From: Gemmatimonadota bacterium
GTDB taxonomy: Bacteria > Gemmatimonadota > Gemmatimonadetes > Gemmatimonadales > GWC2-71-9
Assembly (NCBI GenBank): GCA_036679645.1
Contig: JAZDCY010000035.1
Span: 32,001 to 96,000, forward strand
Length of the DNA stretch: 64,000 bases
Direction of reading: 5' to 3'
Positions 29,802 through 40,231 of the stretch are shown piece after piece. The notes under the pieces are model-generated. The model was given only the letters and a program-made list of their open reading frames with translations, ran no database searches and was not told the origin of the DNA. A program made the position numbers and the translations under genes. Positions within the stretch are counted from its first letter, which is position 1. Every line of letters begins with the position of its first letter.

Positions 29802-31064
29802 TCAGTCGACGCGCGAGACGGTGTCGCGCGCCGCGGGGTGCCCCATGAGACGGTCGAAGTAGGCTCGCACCGAGTCGAATGCGGCGCGCTGGGAGGACGG
29901 GACCGGGTCACCGCCGCCGAGATCGACGCGGCGCGGGTTCAGGTGCCGCCCATTCTTGATGAACTCGTAGTGGACGTGCGGCCCGTTGGCGACGCCAGTC
30001 ATTCCCACGTAGCCGATGATGTCCCCCTGCCTCACGCGAAGCCCGCGTCGAATGCCTCGCGCCAGCCGGCTCATGTGCGCGTAGCGCGTCTCGATCTGCT
30101 TGGGATGCCTAATGGAGACCATGATCCCGTACCCACCCCAACGGCCTGCCCGCGTGATCGAGCCATCTCCCGTCGCCTCGATAGGCGTGCCTGGATTCGC
30201 GGCGTAGTCGGTGCCGAGGTGCGCGCGCCGCGTCCGGAGCACCGGGTGATACCGGGATCGGCTGAAGTTCGATGAGATCCGGCGAAACCTCACCGGATAG
30301 ACCTTGAACGCCCGTCTCAGCGAGAGGGCGCCGGCATCGTAGTACGCATTGCTTCCGTCACTATCCTCCAGGACGTAGGCGGTGTTTTCCGACCCGCGGG
30401 TCTCTATGCTCGCCGCGACGACCCGCCCATAGCGCACTTCGCCCAGCGACGACGTGAGCCGCTCGTATAGCACGACGAAGGCATCACCTGGATAGAAGTC
30501 GCGCGTGAAATCGATCTGCCAGGCAAAGATGCCGTCAGCGAGGTCCCAGACGATCGCATCGCGCGCCACGGCCGGCAGAATGGAATCGGGAATGGCAGCG
30601 CGGATGTCGTCGTAGAGCGACGTCTCGATCGCCCCCGACACCCGCTCTGTGTGCACCGTCCACGTGACCACCTCGGTCTCGGGAGACCACACGCCGCCGG
30701 AGTCACGATCCAGCCGGAGGAAGGCGTCATCGCTCATCCGCACCCGTACCCGATCGGGCACCGGGTCGCCGATGGTGTATCGGAACTCGAAGACCGTGTT
30801 CGGCCGGACACGGCGAGGGTTGATACCGTCCATCTGGCTCAGCACGTCCAGGAACGTGCCGCCCACGATATGTTGCCGGGCGAACAGCTCCGAAAGCGTC
30901 TCGTTGCGGCGTACCGTGTCTGCGACCTCGATGAACGCACGCGTCACGACGATTGCCGGTGCCACGGGAAGACTATCGGACGACCAGGCACGCCCACCCA
31001 GCCATGCGAGGCTGCCGACCGCCAAGAGGCCGACCGCGACGAAACGCCACCCAGCCCGCACCAT
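29802..31064 (-). CDS. M23-family peptidoglycan endopeptidase (MepM-like)
   Basis: HLGTDY, YAHMS, GPHVHYE zinc motifs and an N-terminal TM. Confidence 0.92.
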   Translation of the reverse strand: MVRAGWRFVAVGLLAVGSLAWLGGRAWSSDSLPVAPAIVVTRAFIEVADTVRRNETLSELFARQHIVGGTFLDVLSQMDGINPRRVRPNTVFEFRYTIGDPVPDRVRVRMSDDAFLRLDRDSGGVWSPETEVVTWTVHTERVSGAIETSLYDDIRAAIPDSILPAVARDAIVWDLADGIFAWQIDFTRDFYPGDAFVVLYERLTSSLGEVRYGRVVAASIETRGSENTAYVLEDSDGSNAYYDAGALSLRRAFKVYPVRFRRISSNFSRSRYHPVLRTRRAHLGTDYAANPGTPIEATGDGSITRAGRWGGYGIMVSIRHPKQIETRYAHMSRLARGIRRGLRVRQGDIIGYVGMTGVANGPHVHYEFIKNGRHLNPRRVDLGGGDPVPSSQRAAFDSVRAYFDRLMGHPAARDTVSRVD

Positions 31065-32215
31065 CAGTCCATCTGTCGCCGGATGAACGTTGGGATCTCC
31101 ATTTCGCTGACGTTTTCCGCCTCTTCCGTCGACGTCGGCGCGGCAGGAGGTGGCGTGACGAGACGTGCACCCGACGAGCGCGGGTGCGAGTGCCGCTCCG
31201 GGAACTGCAGCACGCCCGGAGGCGTCCGCGCGAAGGGACCCTCCCCCCTGGCGGCTTCCCTGTCAAAACCGGTCGCGATCACGGTCACGCGGATTTCGCC
31301 GGCCATCGCCGGATCATGCACCGCCCCAAAGATGATCTCTGCCTGATCCCCCGCCGCTTCGTGGATCACCTCGCTGATCTGATTGACCTCACCGAGCGTG
31401 AGATCCTCGCCGCCGGTGATGTTGACTAGGACGCCGGTGGACCCGTTGATCGACACGTCGTCGAGTAGTGGGCTCGAAATGGCCTGCTGCGACGCATCGA
31501 GTGCCCGATCTTCGTTACGCCCAATACCCGTCCCCATGAGCGCGGAGCCGCCGTTTTGCATGACCGTGCGGACATCAGCGAAATCGACGTTCACCAGACC
31601 TGTGACGCTGATCAGGGTCGAGATACCCTGGGTCGCATGGAGCAAGACCTCGTCGGCCTTCTTTAACGCTTCCTGGAACGGCACGTTCTTGCCAACCACC
31701 GACAGAAGGCGCTCGTTTGGCACGACGATCATCGTATCGACGTGCTTGCGCATTTCTTGTATGCCGATGTCGGCTTGCCGCATTCGCTTCTTGCCCTCGA
31801 AGAGGAACGGCTTCGTGATGATCCCGACAGTGAGTGCGCCCACGTCACGAGCCAGCTGGCAGATGATGGGGGCCGCACCCGTGCCGGTGCCGCCGCCCAT
31901 GCCGCACGTGACGAAGACGAGATCGGCGCCCTCGAGAACGCGCAAGGCGTCGTCGCGGTTCTCTTCGATCGCCTGGCGCCCAATTTCGGGCCGGGCGCCC
32001 GCGCCGAGTCCCCGCGTGAGCTTCTTCCCGATCTGCACCTTGATGTCGGCCTGATTGTTGATCAGCGCCTGTGCGTCGGTGTTGACCGAGATGAACGCCA
32101 CCCCACTCAGGCGTTCGTCGATCATCCGATTGACGGCGTTCCCGCCGCCGCCACCCACACCCACGACCTTCATGTGGGCGTTCTGGGACGTGGTTTCCTC
32201 GAGCTCAAAGACCAT
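31064..32215 (-). CDS. ftsZ: Cell division protein FtsZ
   Basis: GVGGGGGNA, GMGGGTGTG, NVDFAD, C-terminal EIPTFIRRQ. Confidence 0.99.
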   Translation of the reverse strand: MVFELEETTSQNAHMKVVGVGGGGGNAVNRMIDERLSGVAFISVNTDAQALINNQADIKVQIGKKLTRGLGAGARPEIGRQAIEENRDDALRVLEGADLVFVTCGMGGGTGTGAAPIICQLARDVGALTVGIITKPFLFEGKKRMRQADIGIQEMRKHVDTMIVVPNERLLSVVGKNVPFQEALKKADEVLLHATQGISTLISVTGLVNVDFADVRTVMQNGGSALMGTGIGRNEDRALDASQQAISSPLLDDVSINGSTGVLVNITGGEDLTLGEVNQISEVIHEAAGDQAEIIFGAVHDPAMAGEIRVTVIATGFDREAARGEGPFARTPPGVLQFPERHSHPRSSGARLVTPPPAAPTSTEEAENVSEMEIPTFIRRQMD

Positions 32216-32234
32216 AGGTCGTCCTAGACCCCGC

Positions 32235-33464
32235 TTAGAAGAAGTCCTGGAACCACCGTTTCACCGGCCCCAAGAGGCGCTCGGTGGCTCCGCCGCCCTG
32301 CACTCCCTGAAGGCGCTCGCGAGCGGCCCACAACGCCAGCCCGACGGGAACCGCGTACCGCGGCGCCTGGACACTGTCGACCAACCCACCGACGTCCCGG
32401 TCCGGCGGACCCAGCCGAACGGGGATAGCGAGCACTTCACGGGTCAACTCGACCGACCCGGCCAGCTGAGCGCCGCCCCCGGTCAGGATTGCCCCCGCGG
32501 GCAACCGGCCGCCGAAGCCGGTGCTGTCGATGGCCTGCTGGACCAACCCCAGGATCTCGTCGATCCGCTGGTGAATGATATGTGATAACAGTTCGCGTTT
32601 TGCACGCCTGGTGCCCTGGCCGGGCGTGCCGGGCAGATCGATCACCTCGTCCGGGTCCACCAGAGGCGTGAATGCGCACCCGTACCGCTCCTTCAGCCGC
32701 TCCGCATCGGACTGCGTGATACCGAGTCCCTGCACTATGTCGTTCGTCACATGGGAGCCGGCAAAGGGCAACGACGCGTAATGCCGGATCTTCCCGTCTT
32801 TGAAGATGGCCATGTTGGTCGAGCCCCCACCCAACTCCACGAGGACGCACCCGAGTTCCCGCTCCTCGGCGGTCAAAACAGCGAGTGCAGCCGCCAACGG
32901 CTCCAACACCAGCCCCACCACTCGATATCCTGCGCGCTCGACGGCGCGCCGCACGTTCTGCGCGGCCGTGGCCTGCATCGACACGAGATACATGTCCACC
33001 TCGAGCCGCAGACCCGTCATGCCGACCGGATCGCTGATGCCACCCTGCCCGTCGACCTTGTACTCCTGCGGGATCGGATGCAGCAACTCGCGGTCGGCGC
33101 CGAGGCTCACCGCCCTGGCCACGTCGTCGACGCGCTTGACGTCGGCACGTGTGATCTCGTCGCCGGTCACCGAGGCGAGTCCACCCTCGTTGCGCGTCTG
33201 TACGTGCTCGCCTGCGATGCCGCAATACGTGCCGGCGGCCTGGACGCCCGCCATCCGCTCGGCGTCGCGCATCGCCGCCTCGATCCCGCGCATCGTCTCC
33301 TCGATGTCGCGCACCATCCCCCGACGCATCCCAGCGGTCTTGGCCACCCCAACGCCCAGGATCTTGACCCCGGGCATTCGCGTGTCTCCGGTTGCCTCGG
33401 CGATCACCGCGCACGCCTTGGAGCTCCCGAGATCGAGACCCGCCACGATCTGCCCACGCTTCAC
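32235..33464 (-). CDS. ftsA: Cell division protein FtsA
   Basis: GLDLGSSK, PVGMTGLRLE, ELGGGST, LTGGGA, C-terminal amphipathic helix. Confidence 0.97.
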   Translation of the reverse strand: MKRGQIVAGLDLGSSKACAVIAEATGDTRMPGVKILGVGVAKTAGMRRGMVRDIEETMRGIEAAMRDAERMAGVQAAGTYCGIAGEHVQTRNEGGLASVTGDEITRADVKRVDDVARAVSLGADRELLHPIPQEYKVDGQGGISDPVGMTGLRLEVDMYLVSMQATAAQNVRRAVERAGYRVVGLVLEPLAAALAVLTAEERELGCVLVELGGGSTNMAIFKDGKIRHYASLPFAGSHVTNDIVQGLGITQSDAERLKERYGCAFTPLVDPDEVIDLPGTPGQGTRRAKRELLSHIIHQRIDEILGLVQQAIDSTGFGGRLPAGAILTGGGAQLAGSVELTREVLAIPVRLGPPDRDVGGLVDSVQAPRYAVPVGLALWAARERLQGVQGGGATERLLGPVKRWFQDFF

Positions 33465-34129
33465 GTGCCGCTCCGCCGCGCAACCACCCATCCGGCAAAC
33501 CGTCCGTCGAGTAACGACACGCGCACACCCGCGTCGGCGAGGTAGCGACGTACCGTGACCACGGCGCGGATCTCGGCCGGCGACGGATAGCTGCGGACCA
33601 CGACTCGCTGCGCTGCCACGTTCAACGTCACTGCGTCTTCACCCCCATATGCGAGGTCCACCGACTGATACAACAATGTATCTGCCGCACGCACCGCACA
33701 GAGCGTCCCCAGCACCGCGCGATCGGCCCGCCGCGCTACGGGCAGATCGAGGCCACCCCGCGTCGGGTCATACGGGAGCGGCCGGGCGTTGCAATCGAGC
33801 GCGACCATCCCCTCCGGACCGGACACGAACGCCACCGGCGAGCGTTCCACCACCCGAACCCGGAGCGTGGCCGGCAGCCGCCGGTCCACCTCCGCTCGTA
33901 ACACGCCCGGCAGACGTTCCAGTCGCTGCCTGAGCGGCCGCACCCGGTCGAAGACGTTCTGTGACGCCTTCAGGTCCAGTGCGGCGAGCACCCGCTCGGG
34001 GGCAAGGTACCGCACGCCCACCAACTCGACCTGCCGCACACGAAAGAACGGTACCCAACGGAGACTCACCACCCCAGCCACGATCACCATTGCCGTGGAG
34101 CCGCCGATCAGCAGCGCGCGTCGAGTCAT
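33461..34129 (-). CDS. ftsQ: Cell division protein FtsQ/DivIB
   Basis: TM followed by a POTRA-like domain (RRLPATLRVRVVERSP). Located just upstream of ftsA. Confidence 0.85.
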   Translation of the reverse strand: MTRRALLIGGSTAMVIVAGVVSLRWVPFFRVRQVELVGVRYLAPERVLAALDLKASQNVFDRVRPLRQRLERLPGVLRAEVDRRLPATLRVRVVERSPVAFVSGPEGMVALDCNARPLPYDPTRGGLDLPVARRADRAVLGTLCAVRAADTLLYQSVDLAYGGEDAVTLNVAAQRVVVRSYPSPAEIRAVVTVRRYLADAGVRVSLLDGRFAGWVVARRSGT

Positions 34130-35505
34130 GCCGCCCGCCCGTTCAGGCGGTCCAGCAACTCGCGTCCCACCGCCGTGATGTCGCCTGCACCCAACGTCAT
34201 GACAACGTCACCCGTTCGCGCGATCCCGGCCACGACATCCGTCACGTTCGCGCGGTCATCGACCCAGTGTGTATCCGCACCCGCTCGCTTCGCCGCATCC
34301 ACCACACGCTTCCCCGAGACGCCGGCGATGGGGCGCTCGCGTGCGGCGTATACCTCCGTGACAACAACGACGTCCGCGAGCGACAGCGTGATCCCAAGTG
34401 CCTCCCCGTGTACCTGGGTCCGCGAGTACAGATGCGGCTGGAATACTGCCACCAACCGGGCGCGCGGGAACCGCTGACGCGCCGCCGCGAGCGTCACGGC
34501 CACTTCGGTCGGGTGATGGGCGTAATCGTCGACGATCGTGATCCCGGCCGTCTGCCCCACAATCTCGAATCGTCGCCCAACTCCACCGAACCGCTCCAGA
34601 GCCCCCGCCGCCGCTGCCACGTCACGCTCCCGTACGGCCACCACCGCGAGCGCCATAGCCGCGTTGCGCAGGTTGTGGATCCCCGGGACCTGCAGTCGCA
34701 GTGTCACCGCCCCCATCCCACCAGGTAGCGCGACCCTGGCCGTCGTGTGCTCGGCACCCGTCTGGATGTCCGTCACCCGCACGTCAGCGTCGTCCGCCAT
34801 CCCAACGGTCCACACATTCGGCACGCGTGCCGCCACGCGCCGCGCGCCCGCGTCGTCCGCGCCTGCGAGGACACGCGTCGCGCGCGCCGCGAACGTGACA
34901 AACGCCTCCTCGAGCGTCGCGACGTCACCGTAGCACTCGAGATGGTCCGCCTCGACATTAGTGACGACCGCCACGTCGGGCCAGAGCGACAAGAAGGCGC
35001 GGTCGTACTCATCCGCCTCGACGACGTATACCTCGTCGCCGTCGAGCAGTGCATTCCCATTCCACGCCGCCACACGACCCCCGACCAGTCCTGTGGGCCG
35101 CTGACCGACGGCTCTCAGCGCCTCCGTCGTCATGACGGACGTCGTCGTCTTCCCGTGCGTCCCCGCCACCGCCACCACCACACCTTCGGCGATCGCCTCG
35201 TGCAACGCGTCGGCACGCCGCATCACCGGAATGCCCGCAGCCCGGGCCGCGGTCAATTCCGGGTGTTCGGGTCCCACCGCCGCAGTGTACACGACTCCCC
35301 GCACACCGGTCACGTGCGCTGGATCATGCCCTGAGAAGATGTCGGCGCCGGCGCGCGCCGCGTCCGACGCGCCGCTCGGTTCGATGTCGCATCCGGTGAC
35401 CGCCACACCCCGATGGCGCGCCAGGAGCGCCAAGGCACTCATCCCCGCACCGGCGATTCCAAGGAAATGCACGGGGCGAGGATCGTCCGGGGTGAAAAGC
35501 GGCAT
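34126..35505 (-). CDS. murC: UDP-N-acetylmuramate--L-alanine ligase
   Basis: GIAGAGMS, GTHGKTTT, EADEYD, DDYAHHPTE, FQPHLYSRT. Confidence 0.97.
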   Translation of the reverse strand: MPLFTPDDPRPVHFLGIAGAGMSALALLARHRGVAVTGCDIEPSGASDAARAGADIFSGHDPAHVTGVRGVVYTAAVGPEHPELTAARAAGIPVMRRADALHEAIAEGVVVAVAGTHGKTTTSVMTTEALRAVGQRPTGLVGGRVAAWNGNALLDGDEVYVVEADEYDRAFLSLWPDVAVVTNVEADHLECYGDVATLEEAFVTFAARATRVLAGADDAGARRVAARVPNVWTVGMADDADVRVTDIQTGAEHTTARVALPGGMGAVTLRLQVPGIHNLRNAAMALAVVAVRERDVAAAAGALERFGGVGRRFEIVGQTAGITIVDDYAHHPTEVAVTLAAARQRFPRARLVAVFQPHLYSRTQVHGEALGITLSLADVVVVTEVYAARERPIAGVSGKRVVDAAKRAGADTHWVDDRANVTDVVAGIARTGDVVMTLGAGDITAVGRELLDRLNGRAA

Positions 35506-35560
35506 TGGTTGGGCAGCTAATATAGTGTCAACTCGAAATTTACGAAAGACTTACGGCCCC

Positions 35561-36643
35561 TCAGAGCAGCTCGATCAGATGCGAGGCAATTGCCCGCGCG
35601 GCCTGAGGTTGACCCCGCGCGCGTGCCTGCCCTGCCATCGCGGTGAGCCGTACCCTGTCCCGCAGTAACGCCGTGAGTTCGCGTTCCATCACATCCGGCC
35701 CGAGCACCGACTGTGGTAGGTGGACCGCCGCTCCGGCAGCGGCCATTGCCGCGGCATTCGCCGACTGGTGATCGGCGGCGGCGGTGGGAAGGGGCACGAG
35801 CACCGACGGCAGGCCCCAGGCCGCGAGTTCCGCCACTGTCATTGCCCCCGCCCGGGCAACCACGAGGTCCGCGGCCGCGTATGCCTCGGCAATCGGATCC
35901 CAGAACGGACGGACCTGAACGTCGGGCGGCCGGTCGAACGCCCTTAAACTCTCAAACGCCCCGGGGCCCGTACTCCAGAGCAGCGCCATCCGTGGCAGCG
36001 TGTTGCTGGCCACCATCTGCGCGACCGCGTCGTTTACCGCCTGCGCCCCTTGGCTGCCGCCGGTCACGAGCACCACCGGGACATCTGGCGTCACACCAAG
36101 CCGGCGTTTGGCTTCTGCCTGGTCCGCGGCACCCGGCGGCGTGATGGGGTTGCCAAGCGTGAACACCGCCGTGTCCGGTCCGGGGCGGAGGTGCGATTGC
36201 GCCTCGGCAAATCCCAGGTGGAGCTGCGCGGCTCGGCCCGCAAGGCGTCGTGTGGTGATGCCCGGCATCGCATTTTGTTCTTGCAGCGCAATGGGGATTC
36301 CACGCCGGTCGGCGAACCACAGCAGCGGGCCGGCGGCGTAGCCTCCAGTGCCAACGACGAGCCGGGGCCGCTCTTCGGCGAGCACGCGCCGACATTGGGC
36401 CGCGAGACGCAGCGCGAGTCCGAGCCAGCGGAGGTTGCGCCACCACGTGCGTCGATAAATCGGTTCCGCCGAGAGCAGGTGATATCGGTAGGGCCGGTGC
36501 GGCAAGATGCTCGCCTCTACCCCGCGGCGGGAGCCCACGATTACTGGCTCGATGTCGGACTGTACCGCGACCAACGCATCGGCCAGTGCCAGCGCGGGCA
36601 TGAGGTGCCCGCCGGTGCCTCCACCGGCGAGGACGACGATCAT
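35561..36643 (-). CDS. murG: Lipid II GlcNAc transferase MurG
   Basis: GGGTGGH, GTGGY, EQN, GGSQGA, RAGA, HQSANA. Confidence 0.97.
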   Translation of the reverse strand: MIVVLAGGGTGGHLMPALALADALVAVQSDIEPVIVGSRRGVEASILPHRPYRYHLLSAEPIYRRTWWRNLRWLGLALRLAAQCRRVLAEERPRLVVGTGGYAAGPLLWFADRRGIPIALQEQNAMPGITTRRLAGRAAQLHLGFAEAQSHLRPGPDTAVFTLGNPITPPGAADQAEAKRRLGVTPDVPVVLVTGGSQGAQAVNDAVAQMVASNTLPRMALLWSTGPGAFESLRAFDRPPDVQVRPFWDPIAEAYAAADLVVARAGAMTVAELAAWGLPSVLVPLPTAAADHQSANAAAMAAAGAAVHLPQSVLGPDVMERELTALLRDRVRLTAMAGQARARGQPQAARAIASHLIELL

Positions 36644-37773
36644 CGGCGCGTGCGGGAGGTGCACCGCCCGATGTTGATCAGTACGCCCGTCGCAAAGATG
36701 GAGACGAGCAGGTTAGAGCGCCCGTACGAGACAAAGGGAAGCGGAAGGCCCGTGGTTGGAATGATGGCGAGTGTGACCGCAATATGTAGCAGGGCGGTCA
36801 GCACGACCAACGAAACCAGTCCGACGGCCAGTAGGGCGCCAAACCGGTCCTCCGCATCGCGCGCGATACGCAGGCCGATCCAGAGGTACGACCCAAACGC
36901 CAACAGGATCACGACACTACCGAGGAATCCCCACTCCTCACCGATCGTGCTGAATATGAAATCCGTATATGCATCGGGAAGGAAACCGAGTTTCTGAGAC
37001 CCTTCACCGTAGCCCACACCAACCAGGCGACCCGACCCGATACCGATCAACGACTGCTGGATCTGCCAACCGGTCTCGGACGCCTCGCCGCCCGGCGATA
37101 GGAAAGTGACCATACGCGCCAAGCGGTATTGCACCGAGACGAGCTGCTGCCAGACGATGGGGATCGCGAGCACGAGGAGGACGAGGAAATGCCCGATCCG
37201 CGCGCCGGCGGCGAACATCACGACACCTAGCAACAGGGCGGCTAGCACGGCTGTCGACAGATTGGGCTGGAACAGGATGAGCGCGCACACCGGGAAACCG
37301 ATCACCAGAAACGGTAGCACGCCCGTCTTGAAGTCGCGTACGCCGTCCCCCTTTCGGGTTGCGAGCATCGCCGCCCACACGATCACCGCGAACTTGGCAA
37401 ACTCCGACGGCTGCAGGGACAGGGGCCCGAGCACCAACCACCGCCGTGCATGCCTGATCTCCGGTGCAAGAACCCGCACGACCGGGAGATAGGGAACGGC
37501 CAGAACGGCGAGCGTTCCCAGCATTAGGGGCCATGCCAGCCGTTGCCACACGTGGTAGTCGAGCCGCGCCGCTACGAGGAGCCCTATCCCCCCCACCACG
37601 ACCCCCACCAATTGTCGCAACGCAAACGCCGATCCAGGTTCGCCACTCTGTACGGCCACGATGCTCGAGGCCCCATACACGGCGGCGACACCGAACACCG
37701 CGAGCATCGCTGTCACCGCACCGAGCATGCGCCCCTGCCAGTTGACCCGAGAGAGCGTCACGCGCGCGCTCAC
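36640..37773 (-). CDS. ftsW: Peptidoglycan polymerase FtsW
   Basis: RRW, LQPSEFAK, TDFIFSTIGEEWG, LPFVSYG. Confidence 0.95.
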   Translation of the reverse strand: MSARVTLSRVNWQGRMLGAVTAMLAVFGVAAVYGASSIVAVQSGEPGSAFALRQLVGVVVGGIGLLVAARLDYHVWQRLAWPLMLGTLAVLAVPYLPVVRVLAPEIRHARRWLVLGPLSLQPSEFAKFAVIVWAAMLATRKGDGVRDFKTGVLPFLVIGFPVCALILFQPNLSTAVLAALLLGVVMFAAGARIGHFLVLLVLAIPIVWQQLVSVQYRLARMVTFLSPGGEASETGWQIQQSLIGIGSGRLVGVGYGEGSQKLGFLPDAYTDFIFSTIGEEWGFLGSVVILLAFGSYLWIGLRIARDAEDRFGALLAVGLVSLVVLTALLHIAVTLAIIPTTGLPLPFVSYGRSNLLVSIFATGVLINIGRCTSRTRR

Positions 37774-39113
37774 AACGCCTCCACGAGACGGCGGAACGCG
37801 TCGCCCCGCGCCGCGAAGTTCTCGAACTGATCGAAGCTGGAGCAGGCAGGGGAGAGCAGTGCCACATCGCCGGTCTGCACCATCCCTGCCGTATCGTGCA
37901 CCGCCTCGGCAAGAGTACCGACCCGCCGAACGGACACGACATCAGCGAGATCCTGGACAATGATGGACGCCGCCTCACCGTACGCGACCACGCACCGGCA
38001 CGCTCCCAGTACCTGGCCGAGACGCGAATAGGGCTCGCCCTTGTGCCGGCCACCCATCATGAGCACGAAGGGACCTTCCATGGCGCGAACGGCCACGGAG
38101 GTAGATGCCACGTTCGTCGCCTTCGAGTCGTTGATCCATTTTACGCCTTCGACGTGGCGCACGACTTCCAGACGGTGGACTAGACCGCTGAAACTCGCCA
38201 GCCCGTCAGCGATCTGCGTATCATCGAGACCTACGCACTCCGCGACCAGCGCGGCCGCGAGAGCGTTCTCGACGTTATGGTCACCCATCAGGCGAAGGGC
38301 TTCACGTCGTACCAGATCACGCGCCCCGAGCTTGAGCTGTCCGCCAACGCGGTCCCACCACGCGTCCGCTGGTCCGCTCAGGCGCCACAGCTTGCGCGTT
38401 CCGGGTGCGGTCCCCGCCAACTCGAGCACCGCGGCGTCATCGCCGTTCAGAATCCACTGCGATTCCTCGTCCGCGTTGGTGAAGAGCCGTGCTTTGTCTT
38501 CGTAGTACGCCTCTACCGATCCGTAGCGGTCGAGATGGTCCGGCGAGAGATTGGTGACAACCCCAATGCGGGGTCTCAGCGATGGCGCATCGTGCAACTG
38601 GTAGGACGACACCTCGACCACAGCCCACGTCGGTGCCTGCGACTCCGCGGCCAGCGCGATGAGCGGCCGTCCAATGTTGCCCGCCGCTTCCGCACGGATG
38701 CCCGCCCTCGAGAGGATGTGCGCGACCAGTGCCGTCGTCGTGGACTTACCGTTCGTCCCCGTCACGACAATGAGTCGCGTCGCCGGCAGCACAGTGGCCG
38801 CAAGATCCAACTCCGCGCGCACGGGCACGCCGGCCCGGCGTGCGGCCAGGACCGCGGGCGCCGATGGGGGCACCCCCGGCGACACCACTACGGCCGCGGC
38901 ACGTGTGATTCGTTCGAGGTCGTGGCGCCCTTGTTCGACCGCTATGCCCCGCGCCTCGAGGGTCGCCGCCGCCGCCGCAATGTGTTCGCCCGTGGAAGCG
39001 TCGGACGCGTAAACCCGGACTCCCTGATCGGCGAGGAAAAGGCTGACGGCGGTCCCTGTGCGCGCCAAACCCAGAACCGCGACCTCGCCACGGCGCCACG
39101 CAGGCGGGATCAC
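37770..39113 (-). CDS. murD: UDP-MurNAc-L-Ala--D-glutamate ligase
   Basis: SPGVP, TGTNGKSTT, GNIG, EVSSYQL, NDSKATN, SPACSSFDQF. Confidence 0.97.
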   Translation of the reverse strand: MIPPAWRRGEVAVLGLARTGTAVSLFLADQGVRVYASDASTGEHIAAAAATLEARGIAVEQGRHDLERITRAAAVVVSPGVPPSAPAVLAARRAGVPVRAELDLAATVLPATRLIVVTGTNGKSTTTALVAHILSRAGIRAEAAGNIGRPLIALAAESQAPTWAVVEVSSYQLHDAPSLRPRIGVVTNLSPDHLDRYGSVEAYYEDKARLFTNADEESQWILNGDDAAVLELAGTAPGTRKLWRLSGPADAWWDRVGGQLKLGARDLVRREALRLMGDHNVENALAAALVAECVGLDDTQIADGLASFSGLVHRLEVVRHVEGVKWINDSKATNVASTSVAVRAMEGPFVLMMGGRHKGEPYSRLGQVLGACRCVVAYGEAASIIVQDLADVVSVRRVGTLAEAVHDTAGMVQTGDVALLSPACSSFDQFENFAARGDAFRRLVEAL

Positions 39114-40231
39114 CGAATCTTGAGCGTCGAAAGCGCGATCAGCGCACACAGCAACCCGAAGATGTAGAAGCGGGTTACAACCTTCGACTCGGCCCAGCCG
39201 ATCTTCTCGAAGTGGTGGTGCAGCGGCGCCATGCGAAAGAGGCGATGCTGTTCGGCGTAGGCTCGACCGCGGCGACGGCGACGCCAGCGGAAGACGGAGG
39301 TCTGGAGGATCACCGAGAGCGCTTCCGCCACGAACACGCCACCGATCAGGAGCAGCAGGAACTCCGACTTCAACAGAATGGCCACGGTCCCGAACGCCCC
39401 GCCGAGCGCGAGGCTCCCGGTATCTCCCATGAACACCTGTGCTGGGTGCGCGTTGAACCAGAGAAACCCCAGCGCCGCACCCGCCACACTGGCGCAGAAG
39501 ATCGTCAGTTCTCCTGCCCCAGGCAGGTAGTAGATCTGGAGGTACCCCGCCCAGTCCACCCGGCCAAAGAGGTACGCGAAGATGGCGAACGCCGCCGCCG
39601 CAATCATCGAAAGCCCAATGGCCAAGCCGTCCAAACCGTCGGTGAGATTGACGGCGTTGCTGGTCGCCGTCACGACCAGTGAGACGAAAACTACGTACGC
39701 CGCGGGGGCAAAGATCACCAGAACGTACTTGAGAAACGGTAGCGTCGTCGCACTCGCGGGCACGTTGTCGGCAATGGGAAACGCGAGCAGGTAGATACCC
39801 AGCGCGACACCAAAAGTCGTCTGACCCACCAGTTTGTAGCGTGCAACGAGCCCCCGCGATTTACCCTGCACCGTCTTCAGGAAATCGTCGACGAAACCGA
39901 TCGCGCCCGTCCAGAGTGTCGCGAGCACGGCGACCCAAACGTACCGGTTGTCGAGCCGTGCCCAGAGCAGCGTGGGAACGAGGGCCGCAATGAGAATGAT
40001 CAGCCCACCCATGGTGGGTGTGCCGCGCTTGGCCTGGTGGCTGGCAGGTCCTTCAGCGCGCACGATCTGTCCCACTCCGCGCCGTTCGAGCTGGCGAATG
40101 ATCGGTGGGCCGACGAGGAACGCCAGCGCCATCGCCGTTGCGGCGGCCCCGGCCGCGCGAAACGAGATGTAGTTGAAGAGGTTGAGCCCGAAGTAACGGT
40201 CCGCGAGCGGCGTCAGGAAGTGGTAGAACAC
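39110..40231 (-). CDS. mraY: Phospho-MurNAc-pentapeptide transferase
   Basis: GTPTMGG, NAVNLTDGLDG, FMGDTGS, MAPLHHHFE. Confidence 0.98.
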   Translation of the reverse strand: MFYHFLTPLADRYFGLNLFNYISFRAAGAAATAMALAFLVGPPIIRQLERRGVGQIVRAEGPASHQAKRGTPTMGGLIILIAALVPTLLWARLDNRYVWVAVLATLWTGAIGFVDDFLKTVQGKSRGLVARYKLVGQTTFGVALGIYLLAFPIADNVPASATTLPFLKYVLVIFAPAAYVVFVSLVVTATSNAVNLTDGLDGLAIGLSMIAAAAFAIFAYLFGRVDWAGYLQIYYLPGAGELTIFCASVAGAALGFLWFNAHPAQVFMGDTGSLALGGAFGTVAILLKSEFLLLLIGGVFVAEALSVILQTSVFRWRRRRRGRAYAEQHRLFRMAPLHHHFEKIGWAESKVVTRFYIFGLLCALIALSTLKIR